DNA of 64,000 nt, from NCBI GenBank assembly GCA_002793855.1, contig PFET01000001.1:19520-83519 (forward strand), read 5' to 3'. This stretch comes from Candidatus Uhrbacteria bacterium CG10_big_fil_rev_8_21_14_0_10_48_11 (lineage in GTDB: Bacteria > Patescibacteriota > Patescibacteriia > GWA2-46-9). Position 1 is the first letter of the stretch; each line of letters starts with the position of its first letter. This document shows, piece by piece, positions 1 to 8,965 of the stretch. The position numbers and the translations under genes are program-made. The notes under the pieces are model-generated. The model worked only from the letters and a program-made list of their open reading frames with translations, did not search any database and had not been told where the DNA came from.

Positions 1-589
1 CATTCAACAAGCTGGTAATTGTAATTGGCAAAGTCCAGTTCGTGAAGCGACAAACTTTACCCCAGGGCAAGCGTGTCCTGATGGCTCAGTGGACCCAATT
101 GGTGGAAGTCCAGATTCATGCATAGATAGTCGGACTGGTAACCAAGTGTGTTGCTGCACGGGCTTAAAAATAAGTAACGGTGGTGATGATTTACACTTTC
201 AACAAAATATTGAACGTCAGATGGAAGATGCAAAACCGGAACTTGCGGAACTCATCAATTGTATGCAAAAACTGGTACCCCTAACTATCAATAGTATTTC
301 AGATAGTAATATTGCAGCCGGCACGTGTCGACCGTGGGAATGCCGAGCCTATGGATCTTCAATAGGTTGTCAGCATACATGTTCATCAACAAGTATTTCC
401 GCTCACTACGGAGGCATTGAGCATACTGCACAATCAAAACATCAGCGCGGTTTCTCTTGTGCGGTAGATATCGACAATACCGTACCCTACGATCAATTAA
501 AAAATGCTGCCCTTTCCTGTGGCACTCGTTATATTCTAAACGAAGGGAATCACTATCACGTCAGCGTAGTTGGATGCGGTGCAAATTAA
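1..589 (+). CDS. Cys-rich secreted protein, partial (reading frame open to window start)
   Basis: The frame of the 89..589 ORF stays open back to position 2, so the N-terminus lies upstream of the window. The product is rich in Cys/Gly/Ser and matches no recognised catalytic motif. It ends with TAA at 587-589. Confidence 0.45.
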   Translation, partial: IQQAGNCNWQSPVREATNFTPGQACPDGSVDPIGGSPDSCIDSRTGNQVCCCTGLKISNGGDDLHFQQNIERQMEDAKPELAELINCMQKLVPLTINSISDSNIAAGTCRPWECRAYGSSIGCQHTCSSTSISAHYGGIEHTAQSKHQRGFSCAVDIDNTVPYDQLKNAALSCGTRYILNEGNHYHVSVVGCGAN

Positions 590-594
590 ATAAG

Positions 595-1953
595 ATGGCT
601 CAACCTAAAAAGGTATTCCGTTGCAAAAAGTGTGACGCGCAGTACCCGCGCTGGGAAGGACGATGCAGAGAATGCGGTGCGTGGGATAATCTAGAGGAAT
701 CAATCAATGTAGCAAAAAAGCAACCAACCAACGCAAAAGGCGTCGTCGTTTCATTTCAATCGCTCGGTTCAACAACCAATAGTACTCCTAGGCTACAAAC
801 CGGCAGTCAAGAACTTGACCGAGTACTTGGTGGCGGCATAGTCACCGGTGCGTTACTTTTACTTGGCGGCAATCCTGGTATCGGGAAATCGACACTGCTT
901 CTACAGGTAGCCAGCTTAATGGCAAACAGTAATAAGACGCGACCAGTACTTTACGTTTCGGGGGAAGAATCAGGTGAACAGGTTCGCCTACGACTTGATA
1001 GGTTAAGGGCAAACCCCGACAACCTCCAATTTCTCGGCGAATCTATGTTGCCAACAATTATGCAGGCGGTTAACGAACAGAGGCCGCAGCTAGTCATTAT
1101 CGATTCGCTGCAGACGATACGCAGTGAAACCGGCGCGGCAGCGGGACGTCCCGGTGAGCTACGCGACGCAATGGAGGCACTGATGGAACTTGCCAAAACA
1201 ACAGCTACGCCAATCATCATCGTTGGCCACGTTACCAAGAGAGGTGACGTAGCGGGGCCAAAAGTGCTTGAACATCTGGTAGATGCCGTACTCTACTTTG
1301 AGGCATCGGAAGACAGTCAACATCGACTGCTCTATACAACCAAAAACCGTTTTGGAGGAAGCAACGAGGTTGGCGTTTGGAAAATGGAAGAGTCGGGTCT
1401 TACTGAAATCGCGAATCCAGCCGGTGTTTTCTTAAACACCCATAGACCAACGGCACCCGGAGCGACGGTACTGCCGGTACTAAAGGGTTCACGAGTATTC
1501 TTGGTTGAAGTACAGGCGCTCGTTACCAAAACGCGCTTTGCTCATCCGCAAAGACGAAGCACGGGTTTTGATCTTAATCGACTGCAACTTCTTATTGCCG
1601 TACTGTCTAAACATCTACACCTCCCCCTCGCCTACCACGATGTTCACCTCAATATTGTTGGCGGACTAAAAGTTACCGAACCTGCCGCAGATGTTGCCGT
1701 CGCACTTGCCATTGCTTCCGCCGCTAAAAATGTTGCGCTACCAAAAGACTTAGCCGCTTGTGGCGAGGTAGGTCTTCACGCAGAAGTAAGAGCTATACCA
1801 GAACTAATGCGAAGGGTAGAAACCGCAGCCCGCGTTGGTCTGCGGCAACTTATCGCGCCCGAACAATCAACTGCTGAGCAGCAAAAAAATAGCCTCACTG
1901 TATACAAAGCTGCCACGCTAGCTTCAGCAATCGAAATAGCCTTCCCCCATTAA
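595..1953 (+). CDS. radA: DNA repair protein RadA/Sms
   Basis: N-terminal C4 zinc finger (CKKCDAQYPRWEGRCRECGAW), Walker A GGNPGIGKSTLLLQ, the KNRFGG motif and a Lon-like C-terminal domain. The ATG at 595 (MAQPKK...) sits 5 nt after the stop of the preceding ORF. Confidence 0.9.
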   Translation: MAQPKKVFRCKKCDAQYPRWEGRCRECGAWDNLEESINVAKKQPTNAKGVVVSFQSLGSTTNSTPRLQTGSQELDRVLGGGIVTGALLLLGGNPGIGKSTLLLQVASLMANSNKTRPVLYVSGEESGEQVRLRLDRLRANPDNLQFLGESMLPTIMQAVNEQRPQLVIIDSLQTIRSETGAAAGRPGELRDAMEALMELAKTTATPIIIVGHVTKRGDVAGPKVLEHLVDAVLYFEASEDSQHRLLYTTKNRFGGSNEVGVWKMEESGLTEIANPAGVFLNTHRPTAPGATVLPVLKGSRVFLVEVQALVTKTRFAHPQRRSTGFDLNRLQLLIAVLSKHLHLPLAYHDVHLNIVGGLKVTEPAADVAVALAIASAAKNVALPKDLAACGEVGLHAEVRAIPELMRRVETAARVGLRQLIAPEQSTAEQQKNSLTVYKAATLASAIEIAFPH

Positions 1954-1958
1954 TACTG

Positions 1959-4046
1959 CTAAGAAGGCAAAGCAATTACGCTCACGAGGTCTCGAACTCT
2001 AGCGCGCAGTATAGGATAGCGTGCTAATTTTTTATCTTTTTTAAATAAATAGTTCGCTGCTTCTTCAGCTTTTTCTCTTAGTGACTGGTCAGCCAAAACG
2101 ACCGCTGAAATGCCGTGACCGGATTGAGCGGTACCAAGCCACTCTCCCGGCCCGCGCTCAGCAAGATCGTACTCTGCTAGTGCAAAAGCGCTTGCGGTCT
2201 TAGCAAAGTAGCGCAATCGACCTAAAACTCGCTCATCCATTTTTTCGGTAAAAAGGAGGCAATAAGCTTCCGCACCAGAACGCCCAATGCGACCGCGCAA
2301 CTGGTGAAGCTGCGCGAGGCCAAAACGGTCTGCCCCTTCAATTAGCATGATGCTCGCCTGCTTCACGTCTACACCAACCTCAACTATAGACGTAGTAACG
2401 AGTATGCGAACGGCTCCCTTTCGAAAATCTTCAAGCGCTTTTACTTTTTCTTCGGCTTTCATTTTTCCATCAAGGTACCCAACCGTTACATCTGGGAAAA
2501 CTTCTGTTGCTAGTCGCTTATACTCAGCTTTTGCTGCACGTGCTTCCAGTTTACTTGAAGGATCAATAAGCGGACACACAACGTACGCCTGCTCGCCAGC
2601 TAACACGCGCTTTCTGAGTCGCCGTTCTACTTCGCTCCGCTCTTTTGGTCGCACGACAATAGTATGCACTTTTCTGTTGCCTCGCGGCATTTCTTGAAGC
2701 GTAGAAATAGCAAGATCACCATAGGCAACAAGCTGCAGGGTTCTAGGAATGGGTGTTGCTGTCATCGAAAGAAGATGCGGAATCATTGCTTTGCCTTTCT
2801 GCTGTGCCGAGAATCGCTGCAGGACACCAAACCGATGCTGCTCGTCTACCACAACAAGGGAGAGCTTTGAAAATTTAACCTTTGCATTAAAAAGCGACTG
2901 CGTTCCTACAATAACCTGAACCATACCACTGCCAAGTAGCTCTTCAACTTGTTTCTTGCTGACTATTTCACCATTGATAAACGATTGCTTGGCCGTCAGC
3001 AAAGCCACAATTATTTTTTTCTTTTGAAACCATCCGGAGAGGACCTCATACTGCTGGCGGGCAAGAATTTCCGTGGGCGCAAGGTATAAAACTTGACCAC
3101 CGCTGCTAACCACCATGAGAGCTGCTATAGCCGCAACGGCGGTTTTTCCACTACCTACCTCCCCTGCCAAAAGTCGTTGCATGGGATACTGCTTTGCCAC
3201 GTCAGATCGAATAGCCGCCACGGCAAGCTGTTGCTCGTTAGTTAACGAAAAGGGCAGTAGTTGCTCTAAGGTTTTTATCTCTTTGTCGTCAACAAGAATC
3301 TTTGGCGCACGGTACTCTCGCCGCTCACTTGCTCGGACGAATCCGGCGAGAAGACAGACCAGTAGGTCGTCAAACAATAGCCGCACGCGAGCACGTTCCG
3401 CCTCTGCTCTGCTTCTTGGCCGATGAATGGACTGCAAGGCGGCGCCGCATGAAGGTAGGGCGTACTTTACTAGCAAATCTGATGGCACGTCATCGCTGAC
3501 CTCTTCGCTAAGTGGTACGACACCCGCAATCCAACGCCGAAGCTGCCACTCGTGCAGACCTTTGGTGAGCGGATAAATGGGGAGCAAGTATTTTGTAAAA
3601 AAAGGCCTTTTCGCGGCTACCTCCCATAGCGGATTTACTAGCTGCCGTTTTCCGCGCGCCAAGGTAACCGTTCCGGCGATAATCACCGTTTCTGTTTTAG
3701 GTAATCGTGCTGCCGGATAGTAACTGAACCACACAACGGATAGAGCCCCCGTCGCGTCCTGAAAGAGCCCCTCGTTTACCACAAGCCCCCTGTTCGTCCT
3801 GCTCTTCCTTGTGGTCAGATTGGTAACTTTTCCTTCTAATGACACCGGCGACCCGAGAGGAGCGGCCCGGACGGTGACTGTTTTTGTATAATCCTCGTAA
3901 TCGGTAGGCAGGTGGTAAAGAAGATCTTGAATCCTTCTAATGCCCAACTTAGCGAGCAAACGGGCCGCAGCAGGACCAATGCCAGGAAGTTCAGTAACCG
4001 AACGCTCTAGCTCTACGGTCTTTTTACCGTTTGTTGATAGGTGCAT
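1959..4046 (-). CDS. recG: ATP-dependent DNA helicase RecG
   Basis: Helicase motif I GSGKTAVAAIAALM and motif II DEQHRFGV. The N-terminal wedge/OB region is present, and the 695 aa length is typical of RecG. Confidence 0.88.
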   Translation of the reverse strand: MHLSTNGKKTVELERSVTELPGIGPAAARLLAKLGIRRIQDLLYHLPTDYEDYTKTVTVRAAPLGSPVSLEGKVTNLTTRKSRTNRGLVVNEGLFQDATGALSVVWFSYYPAARLPKTETVIIAGTVTLARGKRQLVNPLWEVAAKRPFFTKYLLPIYPLTKGLHEWQLRRWIAGVVPLSEEVSDDVPSDLLVKYALPSCGAALQSIHRPRSRAEAERARVRLLFDDLLVCLLAGFVRASERREYRAPKILVDDKEIKTLEQLLPFSLTNEQQLAVAAIRSDVAKQYPMQRLLAGEVGSGKTAVAAIAALMVVSSGGQVLYLAPTEILARQQYEVLSGWFQKKKIIVALLTAKQSFINGEIVSKKQVEELLGSGMVQVIVGTQSLFNAKVKFSKLSLVVVDEQHRFGVLQRFSAQQKGKAMIPHLLSMTATPIPRTLQLVAYGDLAISTLQEMPRGNRKVHTIVVRPKERSEVERRLRKRVLAGEQAYVVCPLIDPSSKLEARAAKAEYKRLATEVFPDVTVGYLDGKMKAEEKVKALEDFRKGAVRILVTTSIVEVGVDVKQASIMLIEGADRFGLAQLHQLRGRIGRSGAEAYCLLFTEKMDERVLGRLRYFAKTASAFALAEYDLAERGPGEWLGTAQSGHGISAVVLADQSLREKAEEAANYLFKKDKKLARYPILRARVRDLVSVIALPS

Positions 4047-4075
4047 GGTAAGCGGTGATGTATCTTTTTCTCTGG

Positions 4076-4149
4076 TGTCCCCAGGAGGAATCGAACCTCC
4101 AACCTCCAGCTCCGCAAGCTGACGCTCTATCCAGTTGAGCTATGGGGAC
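4076..4149 (-). tRNA. tRNA-Arg (anticodon reads GCG)
   Basis: The reverse complement folds as a cloverleaf: acceptor gtcccca/tggggac, D arm gctc..gagc, anticodon stem tcagc/gctgg with loop ttGCGga, T arm ggagg-ttcgatt-cctcc. Confidence 0.75.
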
Positions 4150-4265
4150 AGACAGAGAAAAAAATGCATCGCCTTTACCCTGCCGCGACATATACAGTAC
4201 AAGGAAATCTATCTGAAAAAGAAAAAAAGCGCAATCCTGCGCTTGCCGCACGCACTGCCGGCTAC

Positions 4266-4772
4266 TTACAGCCGCAGCAATCGAGAAAGGGCATCGCTGA
4301 TTGGTTCGCTTTCTCGGCTCAAGTCTTCTTCTAAATACTTCAGCAACAAATCGCGGACATCAAACGGATCTGCCTCGCCAAGAGGTATCGGCAACCGCGG
4401 TTTCCAATCACTCTGAAAATCGAAGTACAACGTTTTCGTGTGCGGTGGTTCGAAAATAATCCAGAAGCTCTTCATTTGACTATAGGAGTAGAGCTTCTCT
4501 CCAACTTTAATGCCGTCTCCTCTCAGTGAAATCGCAAGCCGAGGTGCTGTCTCAAGATGGCGTGCTACGACAATGACTGCAGTAAGTAGCACCAGTATTG
4601 CCCCCAGAAAATTACCATACCAAACCGCAAGACCGAGCAACAAAATAGCAACAATGCTTGCCACAATGTACCACTGCCGGTCTCGTGCATACTCGGGGTA
4701 CTCTGAAATCACCCAAGTATAGTATGCCGGTACTTCTACGTCTTCGATGTCTTCCTTTTCGTTTATAGCCAT
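4266..4772 (-). CDS. hypothetical membrane protein (two TM segments, acidic termini)
   Basis: Intact 168 aa ORF with a central pair of hydrophobic helices and no recognisable motif. Confidence 0.45.
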   Translation of the reverse strand: MAINEKEDIEDVEVPAYYTWVISEYPEYARDRQWYIVASIVAILLLGLAVWYGNFLGAILVLLTAVIVVARHLETAPRLAISLRGDGIKVGEKLYSYSQMKSFWIIFEPPHTKTLYFDFQSDWKPRLPIPLGEADPFDVRDLLLKYLEEDLSRESEPISDALSRLLRL

Positions 4773-4885
4773 AGCTTATATATTATACGATACTCTAGGG
4801 TAAACTACAACGAGCATCGTTGACGTATTTATCACTAATCGGTACACTTGCAGCCACTGGTTTACGTTCTATCGTTTGTAATTCG

Positions 4886-4979
4886 GGAAGGGTGGCTGAG
4901 TGGTCTAAGGCGACGGTTTGCTAAACCGTTGTATGGTGTTTACGCCGTACCGAGGGTTCGAATCCCTCCCCTTCCGCCA
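4886..4979 (+). tRNA. tRNA-Ser (GCT)
   Basis: Acceptor ggaaggg/cccttcc, anticodon loop ttGCTaa, long variable arm, T arm gaggg-ttcgaat-ccctc, and the CCA is encoded. Confidence 0.9.
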
Positions 4980-5054
4980 GAAAAAAGTATCCTGAAGTAC
5001 TTCTAAAAACAGCATAAAAAAGCACGCCGCACAGAAAGCGCTACAATTTTTTAT

Positions 5055-5088
5055 GGTGGGGTGGCCGAGTGGTCGATGGCGACAGTCT
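5055..5088 (+). repeat. duplicated 5' half of tRNA-Ser(TGA) (34 nt, 33/34 identical to 5121-5154)
   Basis: Direct repeat ggtggggtggccgagtggtcgatggcgacagtct lying 33 nt upstream of the intact tRNA. Confidence 0.7.
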
Positions 5089-5120
5089 AGTCCGCCTTCA
5101 CTTACAAAATGCACCAGAGC

Positions 5121-5207
5121 GGAGGGGTGGCCGAGTGGTCGATGGCGACAGTCTTGAAAACTGTTAGACCCGAAAAGGTCTCGTGGGTTCGAATCCCACC
5201 CCCTCCG
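5121..5207 (+). tRNA. tRNA-Ser (TGA)
   Basis: Acceptor ggagggg/cccctcc, anticodon stem acagt/actgt with loop ctTGAaa, long variable arm agacccgaaaaggtctc, T arm gtggg-ttcgaat-cccac, discriminator G. Confidence 0.9.
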
Positions 5208-5260
5208 CCCTGGTGCGTTCTCATTACGGACGATCCGCAGAAGTTTGACCAAAGAAAAAC

Positions 5261-5343
5261 GGAGGCGGAAAAACGGTTAGCCCCAAAAGGTCTCATGGGT
5301 GCGGGCTTGTGGTGAGTCCTACGAACTAATCCCACCCTCTCCG
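5261..5343 (+). pseudogene. degenerate tRNA-Ser-like remnant
   Basis: Retains ggagg..gttag, a ccccaaaaggtctcatgggt variable-arm-like segment and gaactaatcccaccctctccg (compare ttcgaatcccaccccctccg). The D and anticodon arms are lost and an insertion is present. Confidence 0.4.
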
Positions 5344-5422
5344 AAGAAAAAATTGCTGCCCTATAACCAGCATTTTTTCTTATGGTAACATTGATAAACT
5401 ACCTTTTAATAAATATAGAGAT

Positions 5423-5767
5423 TTGAAGATATGTCCCACGTTTTTCATCATTTGGAAAAGAGAAAACTTGCAACAAAAAAAGCTAGAACCCTATCCTCGT
5501 CATAATCAAGTATATAGATTTGTTGATCGTTTTATCTATGTTGCTGGCATGCTAGGCCCTATTATGACTATTCCTCAAGTAGCAGCCATCTGGATATCAA
5601 AACAGGCAGCGGGCGTGTCAGCACTTTCTTAGGCAACCTACGGCATTATATCAATCTTTTGGTTACTATATGGCATTTTGCATAAAGAAAAACCAATCAC
5701 TATTATTTACAGCATTTAGATTGCTCTCTATCTCATCATTGTGGTAGGTGTGCTGCGTTATGGTTAA
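5423..5767 (+). pseudogene. SemiSWEET/PQ-loop family small membrane transporter gene interrupted by two in-frame TAG codons
   Basis: One reading frame gives ..FIYVAGMLGPIMTIPQVAAIWISKQAAGVSALS*ATYGIISIFWLLYGILHKEKPITIIYSI*IALYLIIVVGVLRYG* with a PQ motif and a WxxYG motif. The TAG codons are at 5630-5632 and 5717-5719, there is no frameshift, and the final stop is TAA at 5765-5767. The stretch is visibly AT-rich compared with its neighbours. Confidence 0.5.
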
Positions 5768-5782
5768 ATAGTTACCTCCTTA

Positions 5783-6499
5783 TTACCGCTGCTGCGAATC
5801 ACTTCTTGCAATCACAACCGCCCAAACGCTTAAAGCTCCAGCTTCAAATAGAACTCGTCCTGCTTCTTTTGGCGTAGAACCTGTAGTAACAATGTCATCA
5901 ACCAAAACACAATGTCTTCCTTGCACTTCTGCCGGGCGGCTACAGACAAACGCATTTCGTACATTATGAGCACGCTCTGCGGTGCGTAATCCGTATTGAG
6001 GAGCGGTATGCCGATCGCGCCGGAGTGCCGAACAGAGCGAAACACTATATTGCGCGCCAAGCTTCTTTGTCAGAGCTTCAGCTTGATTAAATCACCGCTT
6101 ACGAAAGCGACACCGGCTTAGCGGTATAGGAACCAGTACCGAACTTTCTTTTGCAAAAAATATTGGCAGCTCGGTGTTAGCGAAGCATTTCCCAAGGTAT
6201 TGACCCAGCTCCTCGGCTGGTCCGTACTTCCATGTGCGAATGAGATTACGCCATAACCATTCATCGTAAGTTGCTCTAACGAACAGGCCATTAAGCCGAC
6301 GCGGCTTTTGGCATTGATCGCAGGTTTTGCCGTAGGCACTTGGCAATAGGCAGTAGGCACAGCGTTGGATAGGTTCTACTGGTCGCTTTGAAGAGCATAA
6401 TGGGCATACCCATTCACCCTCGATACCGCAACCGATACAGAACACAGGAAAGAGCACTCTCGTTAATTCTTCAACCGCGCGTGACAGCAACGTACGCAC
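5783..6499 (-). pseudogene. comFC: competence protein ComFC (phosphoribosyltransferase family) with a single in-frame TGA
   Basis: N-terminal Zn finger (CIGCG..CPLC..CAYC..CDQC), then PIPLSRCRFRKR-[TGA at 6092-6094]-FNQAEALTKKLGAQ.., then the PRTase motif HCVLVDDIVTTGSTPKEAGRVL. The TGA falls exactly where ComF proteins have the conserved Gly of R-x-R-G-F-N-Q. The frame is otherwise continuous to TAA at 5783-5785. Confidence 0.7.
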
Positions 6500-6510
6500 G
6501 GAACGTTACG

Positions 6511-7104
6511 CTACTTGGTTTCGTCGAAAAAACCGTCCACCAACCAGTTGTCACCCTGGCGAACCAGATCAACCCTTACGGTAGCATTCTCTACTTTTGC
6601 TGCATCACTACCAACAACGATGGTACGCTGAATACTTAACCGAACCGTTGCCTTGTTATCCCCTTCTTGCACAAGATGCGCACTGAGAACACGAGTGATT
6701 TCTGACGCAAAACCGTCTTTATACGTAGTGCGTAGTTGTGGTAAATAAGTACCCGTTGCCCATGACGAAAAACTATCTGTAAGTAGAGGTGCTAGTTCTA
6801 CAATTCCGGCGAAACCTTCATCGGTAGAGAACGTCCCAAATCGTTCTGTAAACAGACGCGCTAACCGCGTTGCGCTTGTTTCTGCGGTAACCGTAACTGG
6901 CGCCACAGGCGTTACTGTCCCGTCCGCTGCGTCACCCTGCTGGTTACTGTTGGTGTTTCCGATATTGGCAGCTGGTTTACTGCCACCAGATTGACCGCCA
7001 TACCACCACAACCCACCACCAACTGCTGCTATCAGCACAACTACAAGAACGGTGATAGCGATAATTTTTTTTCTATCCATAAAAATCGCGTTAATTAACA
7101 TCAT
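6511..7104 (-). CDS. bitopic membrane protein, possibly VirB8-like T4SS component
   Basis: N-terminal TM (IIAITVLVVVLIAAVGGGLWWY), a Gly/Ser/Asn-rich linker, and a ~120 aa C-terminal domain. It overlaps the VirB4 gene by 14 nt, which suggests co-translation. The VirB8 assignment rests on topology and context only. Confidence 0.4.
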   Translation of the reverse strand: MMLINAIFMDRKKIIAITVLVVVLIAAVGGGLWWYGGQSGGSKPAANIGNTNSNQQGDAADGTVTPVAPVTVTAETSATRLARLFTERFGTFSTDEGFAGIVELAPLLTDSFSSWATGTYLPQLRTTYKDGFASEITRVLSAHLVQEGDNKATVRLSIQRTIVVGSDAAKVENATVRVDLVRQGDNWLVDGFFDETK

Positions 7105-8965
7105 CTAAACCTTGCACCGCCGCCGTATCATCGCCACCGACTTGCTCCTTTGCCGCTTCCATTTCAAGTAGCTGACGCGGATCGGTGGTTATTAGTTGAT
7201 CTTCGGTGTAGGAAGCCACCACCTTAATGGCAGCGTGCTTTGGACCGGCAAAGAAAATACCCTCGCCAACGCTTCCCTCGAGTAGCAGGTACTTCTCACC
7301 TTCGGTCAAAAGGAAAGTTTTTTGGATAAGGTCGATAGCGGCCGGTGATTGCTTTAAGAGAAGTTGCATTGCCGAGTTGTTGACGACCGCTTGACCGTAA
7401 GGTGAGCCAAGAAAGTCGTTAACGTCCTGAGAAATAGTAGTAAGTCCGAGATAGTACTTCCGTGCACGTTTAGCAAGCGCAAAAATGAACTTAGCGCTGT
7501 CTTCGTGCTGCATCATAATCCATGCCTCCTCAATAATGAGGATGCGCTTCTTGCGTTCGCTTCTGACCAAATTCCAAATATTATTGATGATGGTGTACAT
7601 GGCAATCGGCCGGAGTTCATCCTCAAGATCGCGAATTGAAAACACGACCAACTGGCTGTCAGTAATGACGTTGGTTGGGCTATTGAGAAGTCCGGCAAAC
7701 GTACCGCGGGTGTATTTCTGTAGTCGTGCAACCAAATCTTTTGTCCCCTGCATACCCTCAAGCACATCCTCGAGATCAGCTAACACCGGCGGCTCGACGT
7801 TTATTAAGTCAGCGTCTGCGGTGATATCTTTCTTGGCGTACGTTTCAAGTAATGCCCGGTCAAGCAGAGAGTCTTCTTCGCTAGTAAGCCGCCCAAGCAT
7901 AATGCGCAGTAACCCTTTTAAGGTAATAACGGCGCTTCTAATAATGTCCCCCGTTTGCACATCTTCACCGATGCCTTTGGGTAAATCAAAAGGATTAACT
8001 TTGCTTTCGCTCGAAAGCGATATGTTGAGGTACGTACCGCCAACGGCTTCTGAGAGGTGCTCGTATTCTTTCTCGGGGTCAATGACGATAATGTCCACGC
8101 CCATCATAAGGGACCGCAAGACCTCGAGCTTTACGGTATAGCTCTTACCAGCACCAGAAGTGGCGAACACCACCGTGTTGGCATTCTGTAGTGAAAACCG
8201 ATCGAAGAGAATCAAGCTATTATTGTGCCGGTTGATGCCGTACAAAATACCATTGTCGCTCGTCAGCTCTGAGGATACAAAAGGAAAAGCGGACGAGATG
8301 GGTGACGAATTCATGTTAAACGTAATCTGTAGCTCATCTACGCCGAGCGGCACGGTAGAAATGAAACCCTGCTCCGCCTGGTAGAGTACCTTGCGCGCAT
8401 AGACCAGTTTGGTTCCCAGCAGCTGAATGATGTCATCCGTTGCGGTATTGAGATGCTCTAGCGAATCTGCGTAGATGGTAATGTAAAGCCCGAACTGGAA
8501 AAACTTTTCCACTCCCTGTGTCAAATCGTCACGTAATCGCTCAATGTCATGAAGCGCCGTTTCTTTAATCGGATCGCGTGGTGCTCCCTTCTCGTGGTCG
8601 GCAACAATCTCTGCCTCAAGCGCACCAACCTTATTTTTTAGCTGCTTTAAAATAACCGCCGCGTCTACTGGGTAGACGTAGAGCGAGAGGTCAATGGTGC
8701 CGCTAATGTTAATAAGGGGCGCAAACCAACCGACAGAAATATAACGAGGATAATCGGTAACAAAGATAGTTCTAACAAATTGGTCGTTCAGTTTTATATA
8801 CGAGGCCTCAATTTCAAGAGCCGACGGCGCGACAAGATCACGCAACTTAATGGTACCGGCTCGATACGCTTCAGCGGCGGCAAGTACTTCCTTCCCCTCT
8901 TTAGGGCTTAATGCTTTTTCCTCGACCGTTTTGGGTTGCTTCTTTTTTTTGTTAAAGCCAATCAT
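7091..8965 (-). CDS. VirB4/TrbE-family T4SS ATPase, C-terminal (ATPase) portion
   Basis: Walker A VFATSGAGKSYTVK, IIVIDPEKEYEHL, and Walker B-like hydrophobic stretches followed by EEAW. The overall layout matches Gram-positive/CPR VirB4 homologues such as the PrgJ/TcpF type. Confidence 0.8.
   Translation of the reverse strand: MIGFNKKKKQPKTVEEKALSPKEGKEVLAAAEAYRAGTIKLRDLVAPSALEIEASYIKLNDQFVRTIFVTDYPRYISVGWFAPLINISGTIDLSLYVYPVDAAVILKQLKNKVGALEAEIVADHEKGAPRDPIKETALHDIERLRDDLTQGVEKFFQFGLYITIYADSLEHLNTATDDIIQLLGTKLVYARKVLYQAEQGFISTVPLGVDELQITFNMNSSPISSAFPFVSSELTSDNGILYGINRHNNSLILFDRFSLQNANTVVFATSGAGKSYTVKLEVLRSLMMGVDIIVIDPEKEYEHLSEAVGGTYLNISLSSESKVNPFDLPKGIGEDVQTGDIIRSAVITLKGLLRIMLGRLTSEEDSLLDRALLETYAKKDITADADLINVEPPVLADLEDVLEGMQGTKDLVARLQKYTRGTFAGLLNSPTNVITDSQLVVFSIRDLEDELRPIAMYTIINNIWNLVRSERKKRILIIEEAWIMMQHEDSAKFIFALAKRARKYYLGLTTISQDVNDFLGSPYGQAVVNNSAMQLLLKQSPAAIDLIQKTFLLTEGEKYLLLEGSVGEGIFFAGPKHAAIKVVASYTEDQLITTDPRQLLEMEAAKEQVGGDDTAAVQGLDDVN

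Noticed and set aside
4905-5335. ORFs 4905..5252(-), 5102..5335(-) and 5109..5315(+)
   Set aside because: They lie across the tRNA-Ser genes and their duplicated fragments, so they are spurious.
5830-6360. ORFs 5830..6060(-) and 6118..6360(-)
   Set aside because: They are out of frame with the true comFC reading frame. The comFC C-terminal PRTase domain is read in a different frame across this interval.
7485-8141. 218 aa plus-strand ORF
   Set aside because: Antisense to the VirB4 ATPase gene, Ser/Arg-rich, with no motif.
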